A DNA stretch of 64,000 nucleotides from Candidatus Latescibacterota bacterium (GTDB lineage Bacteria > Latescibacterota > UBA2968 > GCA-2709665). The notes under the pieces are model-generated. The model was not told the origin of the DNA. It saw nothing but the letters and a program-made list of their open reading frames with translations, and searched no databases. Shown piece after piece: positions 9,709 through 20,784 of this stretch. How positions within the stretch are numbered: the first letter of the stretch is position 1; every line of letters begins with the position of its first letter. Made by a program: the position numbers and the translations under genes. Location: NCBI GenBank assembly GCA_965226795.1, contig CBDDDZ010000005.1, forward strand, positions 1,376,001 to 1,440,000, given 5' to 3'.

Positions 9709-10830
9709 TTATCCGGCTTGAACCAGCTTCCGAATAAAGCGTTTGCCAGGCAGCTGCGCCACAAGGCCGGCCAATTCCAGACTTAGTAGTACCGAGAGCG
9801 CGCTGGCGGCTGACATATCGGTACGGTCGGCAATGGCGTCGATGTGGGACGGCAGGTCGGCCGACAGGCTGTCAAAGACTTGACGTTCCGGATTCGAGAG
9901 TTCTGCGGGCGCTGCCGCGGGGTGCTGGTGGGTATATTGTAGCGGGAGTTGCGTCAGATGTGGACGAAGTTCATCCAGAATGTCCTCGACCGATTGTACC
10001 AGAACGGCGCCCTGCTTGATCAGCCGGTTTGTGCCACGGCTCCGGCCCGAATGAACCGGTCCGGGAATGGCGAAGACCTCCCGATTCTGTTCAAGAGCCA
10101 GCCGAGCAGTAATCAGCGCGCCACTGCGGTCACCTGCTTCGATAACCACCACTCCCAGGCTGAGTCCGCTGATGATTCTGTTGCGACGAGGAAAGTTGTG
10201 GGCTTCTGCGGATGCGCCCATCGGGAATTCGGATAGGGTGGCGCCGGTCTCGTTGATGGCGTGGAACAACTCTCTGTTCTGAGGAGGATACGGCCTGTCC
10301 AACCCGCTGCCCAGTACGGCGACGGTGTATCCACGTTCGGCAAGCGCTCCCCGGTGGGCATGGGTATCGATGCCGGTGGCCAGCCCGCTGACCACGGTAA
10401 TGCCGCACCGAACCAGTTCTCCCGAAATCTGATAGGCGATATCTCGCCCGTAGGACGTGAATGTACGGGATCCGACGATCGCGACGGTGGGAAGCGCACA
10501 TGTGTCGATGTTTCCAAGCACATAGAGGATGGGCGGTGGGGCGTAGGTTTGTCGAAGATAACCTGGATAGTCGGGGCTCTGCAGAGTCAACAGGTGAACA
10601 CGTGCGTCCTCGGCGCGTTGCAACTGTTCTTCAGCCCAGGACGGGTCGCGCGCCGTATGGATGGCGCCTGCAAGTTGGGGGCCGATTCCAGGCACGGCGC
10701 ACAGACGTGTGCGGGTTGCCCTTAAGACGGCTCCCGGGCTGCAAAAATGACGTAGCAATTCGGCAAACGCGACAGGTCCCAGTCCGGAGACCGAATGAAG
10801 CGTCAACCAGTCTAGTATATCGTTGGACAT
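9709..10830 (-). CDS. dprA: DNA-processing protein DprA
   Basis: VAIVGSR, VSGLATGID, FPRRNRIISGLS and SGALITA motifs, plus a C-terminal wHTH. Confidence 0.96.
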   Translation of the reverse strand: MSNDILDWLTLHSVSGLGPVAFAELLRHFCSPGAVLRATRTRLCAVPGIGPQLAGAIHTARDPSWAEEQLQRAEDARVHLLTLQSPDYPGYLRQTYAPPPILYVLGNIDTCALPTVAIVGSRTFTSYGRDIAYQISGELVRCGITVVSGLATGIDTHAHRGALAERGYTVAVLGSGLDRPYPPQNRELFHAINETGATLSEFPMGASAEAHNFPRRNRIISGLSLGVVVIEAGDRSGALITARLALEQNREVFAIPGPVHSGRSRGTNRLIKQGAVLVQSVEDILDELRPHLTQLPLQYTHQHPAAAPAELSNPERQVFDSLSADLPSHIDAIADRTDMSAASALSVLLSLELAGLVAQLPGKRFIRKLVQAG

Positions 10831-11072
10831 CGTATCCGGAAAAGCCCGGCGCTCCGCTATTCACTGGCGGCGGCCGTGTGTGGTGTTTGACAGGTTCAAT
10901 TAACCGGTATGCAAAACAAGTACCAGCAAAAAACCCCGGTATCGCGGAACAGAAGAAGCGGCGGAGTGAAAGGAGCTTTCAGATGCGGTATGGGGTTTGA
11001 AAGGAAATTGCAGGTATGATGGACCGAGGAAGTGCAGCGTTTGCCGGGGCCGGCCTTTTTGTCAGCGTCCGA

Positions 11073-12146
<1,074 letters not shown>

Positions 12147-12405
12147 TCAGGCTGGATCCGGTATTTCCCTCTGAGGAGCCATTAGCCTGCCGGATTCACC
12201 GGCGCCGTCTGGTGTCGACCTGTCGGTGTCAGAGTTGCTGTTGGTATTCCGGATCAGAAGGGTTTTTTAAATTGGAGTTTGACGATCTGCGCTTACAACC
12301 AGGTCTCGCAACGTATTGTGGCCTAACGAGACGCCTCAACCCTAGTTGCAGACATCGCGTCTCGATGCGGCTTCAATGTGAAACTCCGCTTGTAAAATGG
12401 AATTG

Positions 12406-12882
12406 TTACGAGAACTTCTCCTTCAGTCGATTTTCAACCGCAGGTGGCACGAACGCGGTTACATCGCCTCCAAAACGGGCGATTTCTCGAACAAGGGTGG
12501 AGTTGAGATACGCATAGTTCAGGCTGGGCATCAAAAAGAGAACCTCCAATCGGGGTTCCATCTGACGGTTGGCAACCGCCATTGAGATTTCCAACTCATA
12601 TTCGGTTGTGGTGCGCAGACTGCGCACAACGGTGAAGACGCCGCTCTTCCTGGCAAAGTCAACCAGCAATCCGCTGTACTTTGTGACTTCCACATTCGGG
12701 CAATGGGATGAGACTTCTTGAATCATGCATACACGTTCATCCGGCGAAAACAGCGGATCCTTCTCCGGATTCAGGCCCACGGCGACGATCAGCCGACTGC
12801 AGATTTTCGCCGTTCGTTCGATCAGGTCCAGGTGGCCGTACGTCAACGGATCGAAGGTGCCAGGATAGATCGCCACGGTCAT
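12406..12882 (-). CDS. coaD: Pantetheine-phosphate adenylyltransferase
   Basis: YPGTFDPLTYGHLDLIER and STLVREIA motifs. Confidence 0.95.
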   Translation of the reverse strand: MTVAIYPGTFDPLTYGHLDLIERTAKICSRLIVAVGLNPEKDPLFSPDERVCMIQEVSSHCPNVEVTKYSGLLVDFARKSGVFTVVRSLRTTTEYELEISMAVANRQMEPRLEVLFLMPSLNYAYLNSTLVREIARFGGDVTAFVPPAVENRLKEKFS

Positions 12883-13835
12883 ATTTGCTCCTTTGCGAGT
12901 CCCTTATATGCCAACCCGCCCGCGACGCTGAACGTAGACTGGCTGACCAGAAAACGCCGCTGTGAATCCGGGAGAGTCTCTGTCGTGCAGTTCGAAAAGG
13001 GTGCGAGGGTTTCGAGTTCGCGTCCCTGGAACATCTCAACGTGCTGCGCAAGGGTAGCAATCTGGTGATCCTCGCCACATAACAGAACCCGCCGAAAGTC
13101 GGATCTGCCTTGGTTGGAGTGGCGGCGTCTATCGAGCCAGCGACGCAGTGTGGCGGTGGTTTTTTCTGCGATCGGGTTTTGGCTTGAGTGCTCGACTGGT
13201 AACCCGTTAACCATGTTCGGGCTTTCAAGGCACACTGCCTCGGCCGAGACCAAATTGCCCGACTCGGCCGCCACAAAATAGAGCCAGGGATGTCCAGCCA
13301 TGATGGCTGCAACCCGGGATCCGGCTTCGTTTTGCGCCAGCAGACAGGCATAGAACAGACCCAGGGGCTCGGCTTCGAGCCGATACTGTCTCACGCGGAG
13401 GGGCGACAGTAATTCCGAACAGAATTCGAAAACCTCCTTGCGGATGGCAATCCAGAATGCTGTACGCCCGGCAGCAACGTAATCGACGACGTACCGGTTG
13501 GCGGGGTCGATCAGGGTCTGCGCTGCCTCCCAGATGACGTGTTCCTGTCGTTCTTCGGATGAAGCCAGTTCCAGCGGAGTCTTTTGTAAGTGGAAGAAAC
13601 CACCTCCCAGAGACAGGACGACCGCTCCCGGCGCGCCCTGTACCTGGGCAAATCCCTGCTGCAGGCCCTCCCTTAGCGATCGCCGAACCCGAGGTTGAAC
13701 AGGCCAACGGGGAAGGATGGGCGAGGTCAGCCGGCATTCGAAAAGGGCACAGAGGCGGTTTTTGGCCGAAGTGCGTTCCATACAGGCCAACCGCAGCATA
13801 TCACCATCGATATGAATCCCGGTCGCCCGCTTCAT
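12879..13835 (-). CDS. Divergent PilM-like (actin-fold) protein
   Basis: N-terminal GIHIDGDMLRL and C-terminal VLLCG and FSVAGGLA resemble PilM/FtsA-like motifs. Translationally coupled to comEA and coaD by 4-bp overlaps. Confidence 0.55.
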   Translation of the reverse strand: MKRATGIHIDGDMLRLACMERTSAKNRLCALFECRLTSPILPRWPVQPRVRRSLREGLQQGFAQVQGAPGAVVLSLGGGFFHLQKTPLELASSEERQEHVIWEAAQTLIDPANRYVVDYVAAGRTAFWIAIRKEVFEFCSELLSPLRVRQYRLEAEPLGLFYACLLAQNEAGSRVAAIMAGHPWLYFVAAESGNLVSAEAVCLESPNMVNGLPVEHSSQNPIAEKTTATLRRWLDRRRHSNQGRSDFRRVLLCGEDHQIATLAQHVEMFQGRELETLAPFSNCTTETLPDSQRRFLVSQSTFSVAGGLAYKGLAKEQI

Positions 13836-14239
13836 GGGCCGCTCACCGTTATTTTGGAACCCAGTCTTTCGAGTGTTTTTTGCCCAATCCCCTTTACTCT
13901 GGTCAGTTCATCCACGGACGTGAAAGGGCCTCGGCGATTGCGATCGTCCACAATTCGCCGGGCGATTTTGGGGCCGATGCCGGGCAGACGCATCAGTTGT
14001 CCTGCCGAGGCCCGGTTCAGATCGATGGGACCAGTTTCCTGCTCCACAGTTGCCGATTCCGCCGGATTGTCGGGTACGGGTACCGCGCCTTTTTGGACGT
14101 GAAAGTCCGGGAGGTCGCGGTCGCCATACCGTTCAATCAGATTGACTGCCCCGCCGATCAGCAATGCGGCAGTCAGACCCAGCAGAACAAACCGTTCTTT
14201 GCGATTGAACGAAAACATACGAACTCCGATTTTCATCAT
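13832..14239 (-). CDS. comEA: ComEA-family helix-hairpin-helix DNA-binding protein
   Basis: N-terminal TM anchor; IDLNRASAGQLMRLPGIGPKIA...FTSVDELTRVKGIG. Confidence 0.9.
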   Translation of the reverse strand: MMKIGVRMFSFNRKERFVLLGLTAALLIGGAVNLIERYGDRDLPDFHVQKGAVPVPDNPAESATVEQETGPIDLNRASAGQLMRLPGIGPKIARRIVDDRNRRGPFTSVDELTRVKGIGQKTLERLGSKITVSGP

Positions 14240-14275
14240 GGGACGCGGTCGAGAACGATCGGCGGAACCGTGATA

Positions 14276-17200
14276 TCAGTTAAAGCGAATTTCTCCCCAT
14301 ACTCTGAATTCCCAGACCCTGTTGTTAAGGTCGCGGAGCTTGTCCTTCCGATTTTCGTGCCGGAATCGGGTACCGCCCGTGAATTTGCTGCTGAACTGGT
14401 ATTGACCCGCCAGACTGGTGTGCCAGCGATCAACGCTCTGGCGGACAACGGCCTGATCGGTTTCTGTGGCTTCCGTGCTTCGGGGGATTTCCTTTTTCAG
14501 GCTGGTGTTTGTGCCGTACTCGAGGGTGAGGTCCAGGTTGCTCTGCAATTTTGTAAAGAATTTCGAACTCAGCGAATATCTGAGAGAAGCCGTAAATTGA
14601 GACTGTTCGGTAATAGTCGTTCCGATCAGCCGCTCCTCCAGAGTCGGCTGTGTGACAGTGCTGTCGGTGGCCACATTGCGCTGGTAACGGAGGTCGTTCT
14701 GTCGGCTGCGGTTTGTACTGAAATTCGTTGTCATTTGGTTCTTCCATCGGGCCTGCCACCTGATCAGCGGCTGGAACTCCGTTCTCCGCGTATCGTTTGT
14801 CAGGACGTTATCTTCCAGGCCGCCGTCGCCCCGAAAGATTCGATTTGACTTGTAATTGAAGGTGAGATTAGAACTCGTAAAAATCCACCTGAAGACAGGT
14901 AGCTCCCCAAGGCCCCGCCATGTCGCGGACAAATTGGGGAACACCAGTTTCTGTTCTTCCGTATTGGCGTTGCCAAAACTTCTGGTGTGATTAAACGTCA
15001 AATTGGTAGAGCCTCGAAAGCCGGCAGGCAGGCGGACACCGCCTTTGATTTCGGCATTGTCGGAGATGTTCCTGGTATTCACGCGTGTAACGCCTCCAGA
15101 TCCGTAACGAGGCGACATCGTCGTGTCGGTGAGGCCAAGTTGAAATTTAAACGCAGGTCGACGTCTCAGGCCAAAAAGATTAAACGCGCGATTACGAAAG
15201 GCGTTGACCTGTGCGGCGTCAAGCGCTCCGCCCAGCCTGCCAATGAGACGGATTACCGAAAATCCGGCCTGCTCTTTCGATGGACTTGCCAGAGGGCGAA
15301 AGAGACCTGGCAGGTTCAGGCTGAATCGAGCGCCGACGCGGCTGTTGTTGCCCACGGTGAGACCCCTGCGTTCGTTGCCTATGGAAGTCCGCTGGCCCCC
15401 GGTTTCAAGCCGCTCACGATAGCGAGAGGAGTAGTCGGTGTTAATGTTCAGCCATTTGGAAACGCGGGGTGTGAAGTTGAAGCCTACTTCCTGACTTCGC
15501 GTGGTTTCGCGGCCGAACTGTAGCCTGGCGAAATCGAATGAACTCCGGAGATCACGGTTCGCCGCGAGTGAATAGTTGGCGTTCAGGCTTCGAAAGGGAG
15601 TCAGTTTTACGACGAAACTCTCGTTGAGGCGAAAGGTTTCGTTCAATACAGCGATGACGTCCGATGTGTCGCCTTCAACGGCGGAAAAGGAGCGCCTGTT
15701 AATGCTCTTGCGATCAAAACGCAGGTTGTAGCGAAGGGTTGACGGAAGGTAGAAGAATTGGACTTCCTGAAAAAGGGAACCCGCACGCGGAATCCAATTG
15801 AGGATTTTTAATCCCTTTTGTTTGGGCCAGCTGACGTCATAGCTGAAGCTGCCGTTGAAGTTCTGCTCGTTGTTGGACCGGCGCCGCGTGATGGCGCCGC
15901 TGACCGAGTTGTTGGTCAGGAAATTCAGCGACGCGTTGATCCGGTCGAAAAAGAGCCGGGCGATCCAGCGAGAGTCTTTCGTCGCCCGACGTTTTCGCAG
16001 GGAAACATTGAACCGGGACGAGGCGCGGTTCGCTTTCTCTCTGGATTTCTGCTGATCGGTCAGGACGATGTCAGAACCCTGTCGAATACGGGGCACGGTC
16101 CCGTTGCGGAGGTAATTGAACCGCACCGGAACGACGGTGTTCCACCGATCGGGCAGGAATTTATTCAGATTGAACGAACCACCCAGGCTGACCTGGGTCG
16201 TTGAATTGCCCGTAGAGCGTCCCTGAAGATCCTGGAAGTCGCCGCTCCGGCGTTCCAGGTTCAGGCTCATGTTGCCCAGATCGGCAAGTGTGGTCTGGAC
16301 GTTCAATAACATGGATACGGCGTTTTTCTTTCGGATTCGATCGACACGAAGTTCATCCAGCCAGATTTCGTTTTCCCCCTCCAGAGGAAATTCTCCCATG
16401 TTTCTTACGCCGATCACAAACGACTTGATTTTTGAAAGCGCGGGGTTTCCCCGCACGGTATACGTAGCGCCATCCAGGTCTGCGCGTATCTGATTGGCTT
16501 GGCTGTCAAAATCGGCTATGATCTCTTCTGTTGGAAGGGAAAGCCGCAGCGTGTCGGACGCCTGGCCGATGGCCTTCAGGTCCGTAAGTTTTCCTTTGAT
16601 CTGCGACAGGACATCGAGTTCGATTTTAAAGGTATTTGTTTCTGGAGACCAGCCCCGATAGATGGGCTTCCTGTACTCGTAGAAGTTGAGCGTATCTTCA
16701 CTGATGGGTGAGAATCTTACGAAGAGTTCAATCGGACTGAAGTTACCGGCTGTAGAATCGGGCCCGGCGGGAAAGTTGGCCTCGTAAGTGGGTTGAGTGG
16801 GATTGCCGCCGTGAACGAACATGGTCATCAGACCGTATCGCGTGTAATTTTGCCCCTCCGTAAGAGTTCGCGAAGCCGACACGCTCTCGCCCGGAGAAAG
16901 GTCTTCAAATCGGAGAACGAGTGACCGTTCAAGGTGTTGTCTTCCCGTTTGCGGGTCGGTCTCCCGTTCGATGCCCGGCGGAAGTTCATATACCTGGTTG
17001 TCAGTACCGATTGTAGCCACTCTGAATTCCCCCGATTGCTGTCCTTCGGGGGGTTCTTCTTCGAGCCAGTCGCTTCCTACTGCGGCAAACGTGTAAATGT
17101 CGAGGGACGTCGTATCGTCGTGTTCGATCCAGATTCGTGCAAAATCAAATACGCCGGCGAAGGTCGTGTCAGGATTGCCCTCGACGGTGCGTGGGGCATT

Positions 17201-20200
17201 GTTGCCACGCAACGGGATGCGCAACAGTCTCCAGGGGCGGTCTGAAGGATCCGACCGGCTGCCCACAACGAGCGCGGAAGCTCCATCGTACTCGCCTGTG
17301 AACGCATTCCAGCCCCGGTCGGATGCCAGGTCGACGCTATAGCGCAGGTAATGGTTCCGGTTGTCCAGGATTCCGTTCTGGTTCAGGTCTTCGGAATCCG
17401 GTCTTTGTTCCCGTTCGGGATTGTTATTCTGGGTGCCATTCACGCCCGACGGATACCGGAAACGAAGGTTCTCCTGGTTGAGATCCACGTCCTTGAAATT
17501 GTCATCCGACGGGTCGTCGGGGACGGTGACACCGGGGTATATCAGGCGGAAGACGGAATCTTCCTGGGCGTCGGTCAGGCCGTCCAGGCCGATGTCTTCT
17601 TCCGGTATGGCCACATCATCGCCCGTAGGAAAGCCGGGCAGGGGGCGGTCTTCGGTGCGAAATTGCCCGGGCGGCGGCGGATTAAACGTTGCGTGGTCGA
17701 GTACCAGACTGGCTCGCTCGGAGATTTCACCGAGATCGATATGGAGCCGGCCCGAATTTCCCCTGATCCACAGCTCTATAAACTTGGATCGTGAGAAGTC
17801 CATGCCAAACAGGCAACTCGTAAGACCCGCCCAGGAGTTTTGCGGGAGGCCGCCGGCGGTGTTCCGCGAGGTCTCAGGAAAGCCGTTGGTGCGTTTCGGT
17901 TCGAATCGGATACTGAGAACATCGTCGACGATGCTGCTTTCCACGGGAATATCGTCTCGCCCCGGCTGTATGTCGTAGACGGAAATGCGGTCGCGGTCCA
18001 CCAGATTGTACCAGGTAAGGCGTCCCCTTGGCATCGAGAGTTGGAGGCCGTTCCGGGTCGGGGAGCTGCCGGTGGACCAGACGAATTTAAACGTGGAAAA
18101 CGACTTTCTGCTTTCGGCGCCTTCAAAATCGTCAATGTAAGCTACATTTTTCGTATTCGGGTTGGGCAGGCTCTGCGCGATTTCCATGTCGACGTTGAAT
18201 GCCGATGGCGCCTGAGTGGAGATAAACGGCAACTTGTTGGCGAAGTCGGTGAAGATCTGTGGCTTGAAGCGGAACCTGCCGTTCATATCCCAGATCAGGG
18301 AACGGGCCGGCTCTTCGCCCACGCGAACCCGTTGGTTGGTGGCGCTTTCGCTGCCGTAGAGCAGGCTCACTCCCACCATCGAAACGTTGTCCTTGAACGG
18401 GTGTTCCGCCCGGATGCCAATAAGGCTTTTTTGCCCGCCTCCGAAACCGAACTGGCTCTTGGATCCGTAATTGATTACCAGGTTGGCGGAAGGGTCGGCC
18501 GCAAGGTCTGCTGCCTCACCGACCAACTCTATTGAGCCGAATTGATAATCGATGTTGTAGTCTCGCCCACGTGTTAGCCGACGGTTGTTCAGCAGGACCT
18601 CCTCGCTGTTTTCAATCAGTCCAAAACCCAGATTGAATTTGGTGGCCCTGCTCTTCGATCGGATGCGCAGGAAATATTGACCTTTTTGGGCGCGTGTGGT
18701 GTTATTCGTGGTGTTGTAGATTTCGGGCACCCGGGCGTCGTCGGACAGCGCCTCTGCGCCCACACCGCGTTCACCAAATGGCTCCAGGTCGAGAAAAACC
18801 AGGTGGCCGGTGCGTAAATTGAGTCCCGGCAGGTTCGTGCCGCCGTCGATATCGATGAGGTTGTCCGGAGGAGAAGATTCCGAGGAGCCGTTGGTGTGTT
18901 TGTCCAGGGCGAAGATCTGGAGGTACGGGGTTCCACGCTGGTTGTCGACCGCCTCCTGACCGGGCACATCCCTGAGGATCTCCAATTCAAAGCCCTCCGG
19001 CTCGATGTCGCGGCTTCCCAGGTAATACACGTTTCGCCACGCCAGATCCCACGTTGGAAATTCCGGCCGTTGCTGTCGGGCGTGAATGAGTTTCAATCTG
19101 ATCCTGGCATCCGGATTTGAGGGATCCTGGATAAAATTCAGGTCGCCGAAAACCCGTCCGTCCGCCGTCCGGTATGCGACTGCAAGGGACTGACCACGGG
19201 GGACTGGTCCGCGGGTCAAAATTAGATATCCCCTGGCGTCGACCAGAAACTCGGAGCGGTCCATTTCGTGAAAAAACCCCTCTTCGATGCCGCCGCTCTG
19301 CGCGCCATTGTCGCTGGCATCGGGCTCTGGAACGGGTCCGGCGGTCCAGAAGGCAAAGGCGACCCCGCGTCCGGCGCGCTCCTCGATGTCGTTGCGATCG
19401 TTGAAGTCGTTCCGGAAAACTCGGACGGAGCCGATGTCCACGAGGTCCGGTCGGGTGGGTTCATCCGGAAAACTCTGTCGATACACGTGGTCGAGAAAAA
19501 AGTAGAGATTTTCTTCGTAGTCATAGTCTCGTATTCTATGTGCTATTTCCTCTGCCTGTCCCTGGAAGGATTTCCGGTTGCTGGCGCCCCTATCGTGGCT
19601 GGTGACCACCGTCACGTCCAATCCGCCCAGACGTCCGCGGCCCTTGATCCCGAACAGACCGCTTCGGTTGGATGAACTGAAGCCAACCAGACGGGTGCCG
19701 GGCAGGCTGAGGGAGGTCCTGCCGGCTTCAATCTCTTGTATAATGTCGTCTTCGTCTCCGTCGTAACGAAACTGAAGCGATTCGCTGATATCGGTCTGAC
19801 CGCGGCTGTCCTGTTGGAGGTTCAGCGTTATCCGGTCACCGATGGTGCCCTGCACGTTTAATTGGGATTCCTGCTCGAAATTGACGGTAAAGCCATCGGC
19901 TGCGCGTGCGCGAACGGTCTGAGCCTGTCCGCCAACGGTGGTATTCACGCCGGACAGATCGATGCGCCGGGATCCGGTAATTTTGATATTGGTGTCGCCT
20001 TCGCCGGTGATTACACTGAGCGCTTTGGGTACTTTGACAGGTATTTTGATATCCACCAGAGCGCTGCCCGTGCCCCGACGTTCCTTCGCCGGGAGGCTGA
20101 GCTTTTCTGTGGCCACGCCGTTAAAATCCGCATCGAATTTGTACGCGGACAGGCCCTTTAATGTAATCACCGCCGGTATGCCATGGACAACGTCTCCGGT

Positions 20201-20500
20201 GGCTCGATAAACCATCAGCGTACCGGTATCCGTGTCGAGCAGGCGGGTGACCGTCTGCGTGAACTGGCGCCGTTGTCGAAAGAGAGGCTGAAGGGCAGTG
20301 GAACTTGAGAAGGTTAGCTTGACTGGAGAGCGATGGAAGACGTGTGCGGGTGCCTTCCCGAAAGAGAGTTGAATACCCGGTTCGGCGCGGAGCGTGTCCG
20401 AGTCGGCCAGAAGACACGCGATGAGAATGCAAGCGAGGACCTTGGGCAGCGGGAGGGTCAATCCCCGTGGTGAATCTTTGAGGATGTATGGGGTCTGCAT
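14276..20500 (-). CDS. sprA: T9SS outer-membrane translocon SprA/Sov-like protein (2074 aa)
   Basis: YDGDEDDIIQEIEAG, GLFG, AYIDDFEG, LHIDLGEISE, EDIGLDG, EDLNQNG and EIWLDELRV motifs; beta-barrel C-terminus ending IRFN. Confidence 0.9.
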   Translation of the reverse strand: MQTPYILKDSPRGLTLPLPKVLACILIACLLADSDTLRAEPGIQLSFGKAPAHVFHRSPVKLTFSSSTALQPLFRQRRQFTQTVTRLLDTDTGTLMVYRATGDVVHGIPAVITLKGLSAYKFDADFNGVATEKLSLPAKERRGTGSALVDIKIPVKVPKALSVITGEGDTNIKITGSRRIDLSGVNTTVGGQAQTVRARAADGFTVNFEQESQLNVQGTIGDRITLNLQQDSRGQTDISESLQFRYDGDEDDIIQEIEAGRTSLSLPGTRLVGFSSSNRSGLFGIKGRGRLGGLDVTVVTSHDRGASNRKSFQGQAEEIAHRIRDYDYEENLYFFLDHVYRQSFPDEPTRPDLVDIGSVRVFRNDFNDRNDIEERAGRGVAFAFWTAGPVPEPDASDNGAQSGGIEEGFFHEMDRSEFLVDARGYLILTRGPVPRGQSLAVAYRTADGRVFGDLNFIQDPSNPDARIRLKLIHARQQRPEFPTWDLAWRNVYYLGSRDIEPEGFELEILRDVPGQEAVDNQRGTPYLQIFALDKHTNGSSESSPPDNLIDIDGGTNLPGLNLRTGHLVFLDLEPFGERGVGAEALSDDARVPEIYNTTNNTTRAQKGQYFLRIRSKSRATKFNLGFGLIENSEEVLLNNRRLTRGRDYNIDYQFGSIELVGEAADLAADPSANLVINYGSKSQFGFGGGQKSLIGIRAEHPFKDNVSMVGVSLLYGSESATNQRVRVGEEPARSLIWDMNGRFRFKPQIFTDFANKLPFISTQAPSAFNVDMEIAQSLPNPNTKNVAYIDDFEGAESRKSFSTFKFVWSTGSSPTRNGLQLSMPRGRLTWYNLVDRDRISVYDIQPGRDDIPVESSIVDDVLSIRFEPKRTNGFPETSRNTAGGLPQNSWAGLTSCLFGMDFSRSKFIELWIRGNSGRLHIDLGEISERASLVLDHATFNPPPPGQFRTEDRPLPGFPTGDDVAIPEEDIGLDGLTDAQEDSVFRLIYPGVTVPDDPSDDNFKDVDLNQENLRFRYPSGVNGTQNNNPEREQRPDSEDLNQNGILDNRNHYLRYSVDLASDRGWNAFTGEYDGASALVVGSRSDPSDRPWRLLRIPLRGNNAPRTVEGNPDTTFAGVFDFARIWIEHDDTTSLDIYTFAAVGSDWLEEEPPEGQQSGEFRVATIGTDNQVYELPPGIERETDPQTGRQHLERSLVLRFEDLSPGESVSASRTLTEGQNYTRYGLMTMFVHGGNPTQPTYEANFPAGPDSTAGNFSPIELFVRFSPISEDTLNFYEYRKPIYRGWSPETNTFKIELDVLSQIKGKLTDLKAIGQASDTLRLSLPTEEIIADFDSQANQIRADLDGATYTVRGNPALSKIKSFVIGVRNMGEFPLEGENEIWLDELRVDRIRKKNAVSMLLNVQTTLADLGNMSLNLERRSGDFQDLQGRSTGNSTTQVSLGGSFNLNKFLPDRWNTVVPVRFNYLRNGTVPRIRQGSDIVLTDQQKSREKANRASSRFNVSLRKRRATKDSRWIARLFFDRINASLNFLTNNSVSGAITRRRSNNEQNFNGSFSYDVSWPKQKGLKILNWIPRAGSLFQEVQFFYLPSTLRYNLRFDRKSINRRSFSAVEGDTSDVIAVLNETFRLNESFVVKLTPFRSLNANYSLAANRDLRSSFDFARLQFGRETTRSQEVGFNFTPRVSKWLNINTDYSSRYRERLETGGQRTSIGNERRGLTVGNNSRVGARFSLNLPGLFRPLASPSKEQAGFSVIRLIGRLGGALDAAQVNAFRNRAFNLFGLRRRPAFKFQLGLTDTTMSPRYGSGGVTRVNTRNISDNAEIKGGVRLPAGFRGSTNLTFNHTRSFGNANTEEQKLVFPNLSATWRGLGELPVFRWIFTSSNLTFNYKSNRIFRGDGGLEDNVLTNDTRRTEFQPLIRWQARWKNQMTTNFSTNRSRQNDLRYQRNVATDSTVTQPTLEERLIGTTITEQSQFTASLRYSLSSKFFTKLQSNLDLTLEYGTNTSLKKEIPRSTEATETDQAVVRQSVDRWHTSLAGQYQFSSKFTGGTRFRHENRKDKLRDLNNRVWEFRVWGEIRFN

Positions 20501-20784
20501 GCGTGAATTGGAATGTCGTATTCGGGGACGGGCCTACGCCTAGAGGTTGAGAGTTAGATTAATAATACCGAACCCTGTGTTAAAGATCAAGGGAAAACCG
20601 GAACCGGATGATCCACAAATAAAACAAACAGAAACAGTGAGTTAGGAAGAAGAATCCACATCCCGGATACTGTGGAGGGTTGAGAAAGGGCTTCCGTCGA
20701 AAAAAAAATCCCGTATATTCTGGCGTCTTCCGGTGCCAGTATCTTTAACTCTTTTGAAAACACGCGGTTCCACGGAGACTTGGC

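Noticed and set aside
12272..12387. tRNA-Sec or other tRNA-like gene (minus strand ends in CCA with a 7-bp stem)
   Set aside because: No T-loop GTTC consensus, no TCA anticodon arm and too long. Kept only as an unclassified structure.
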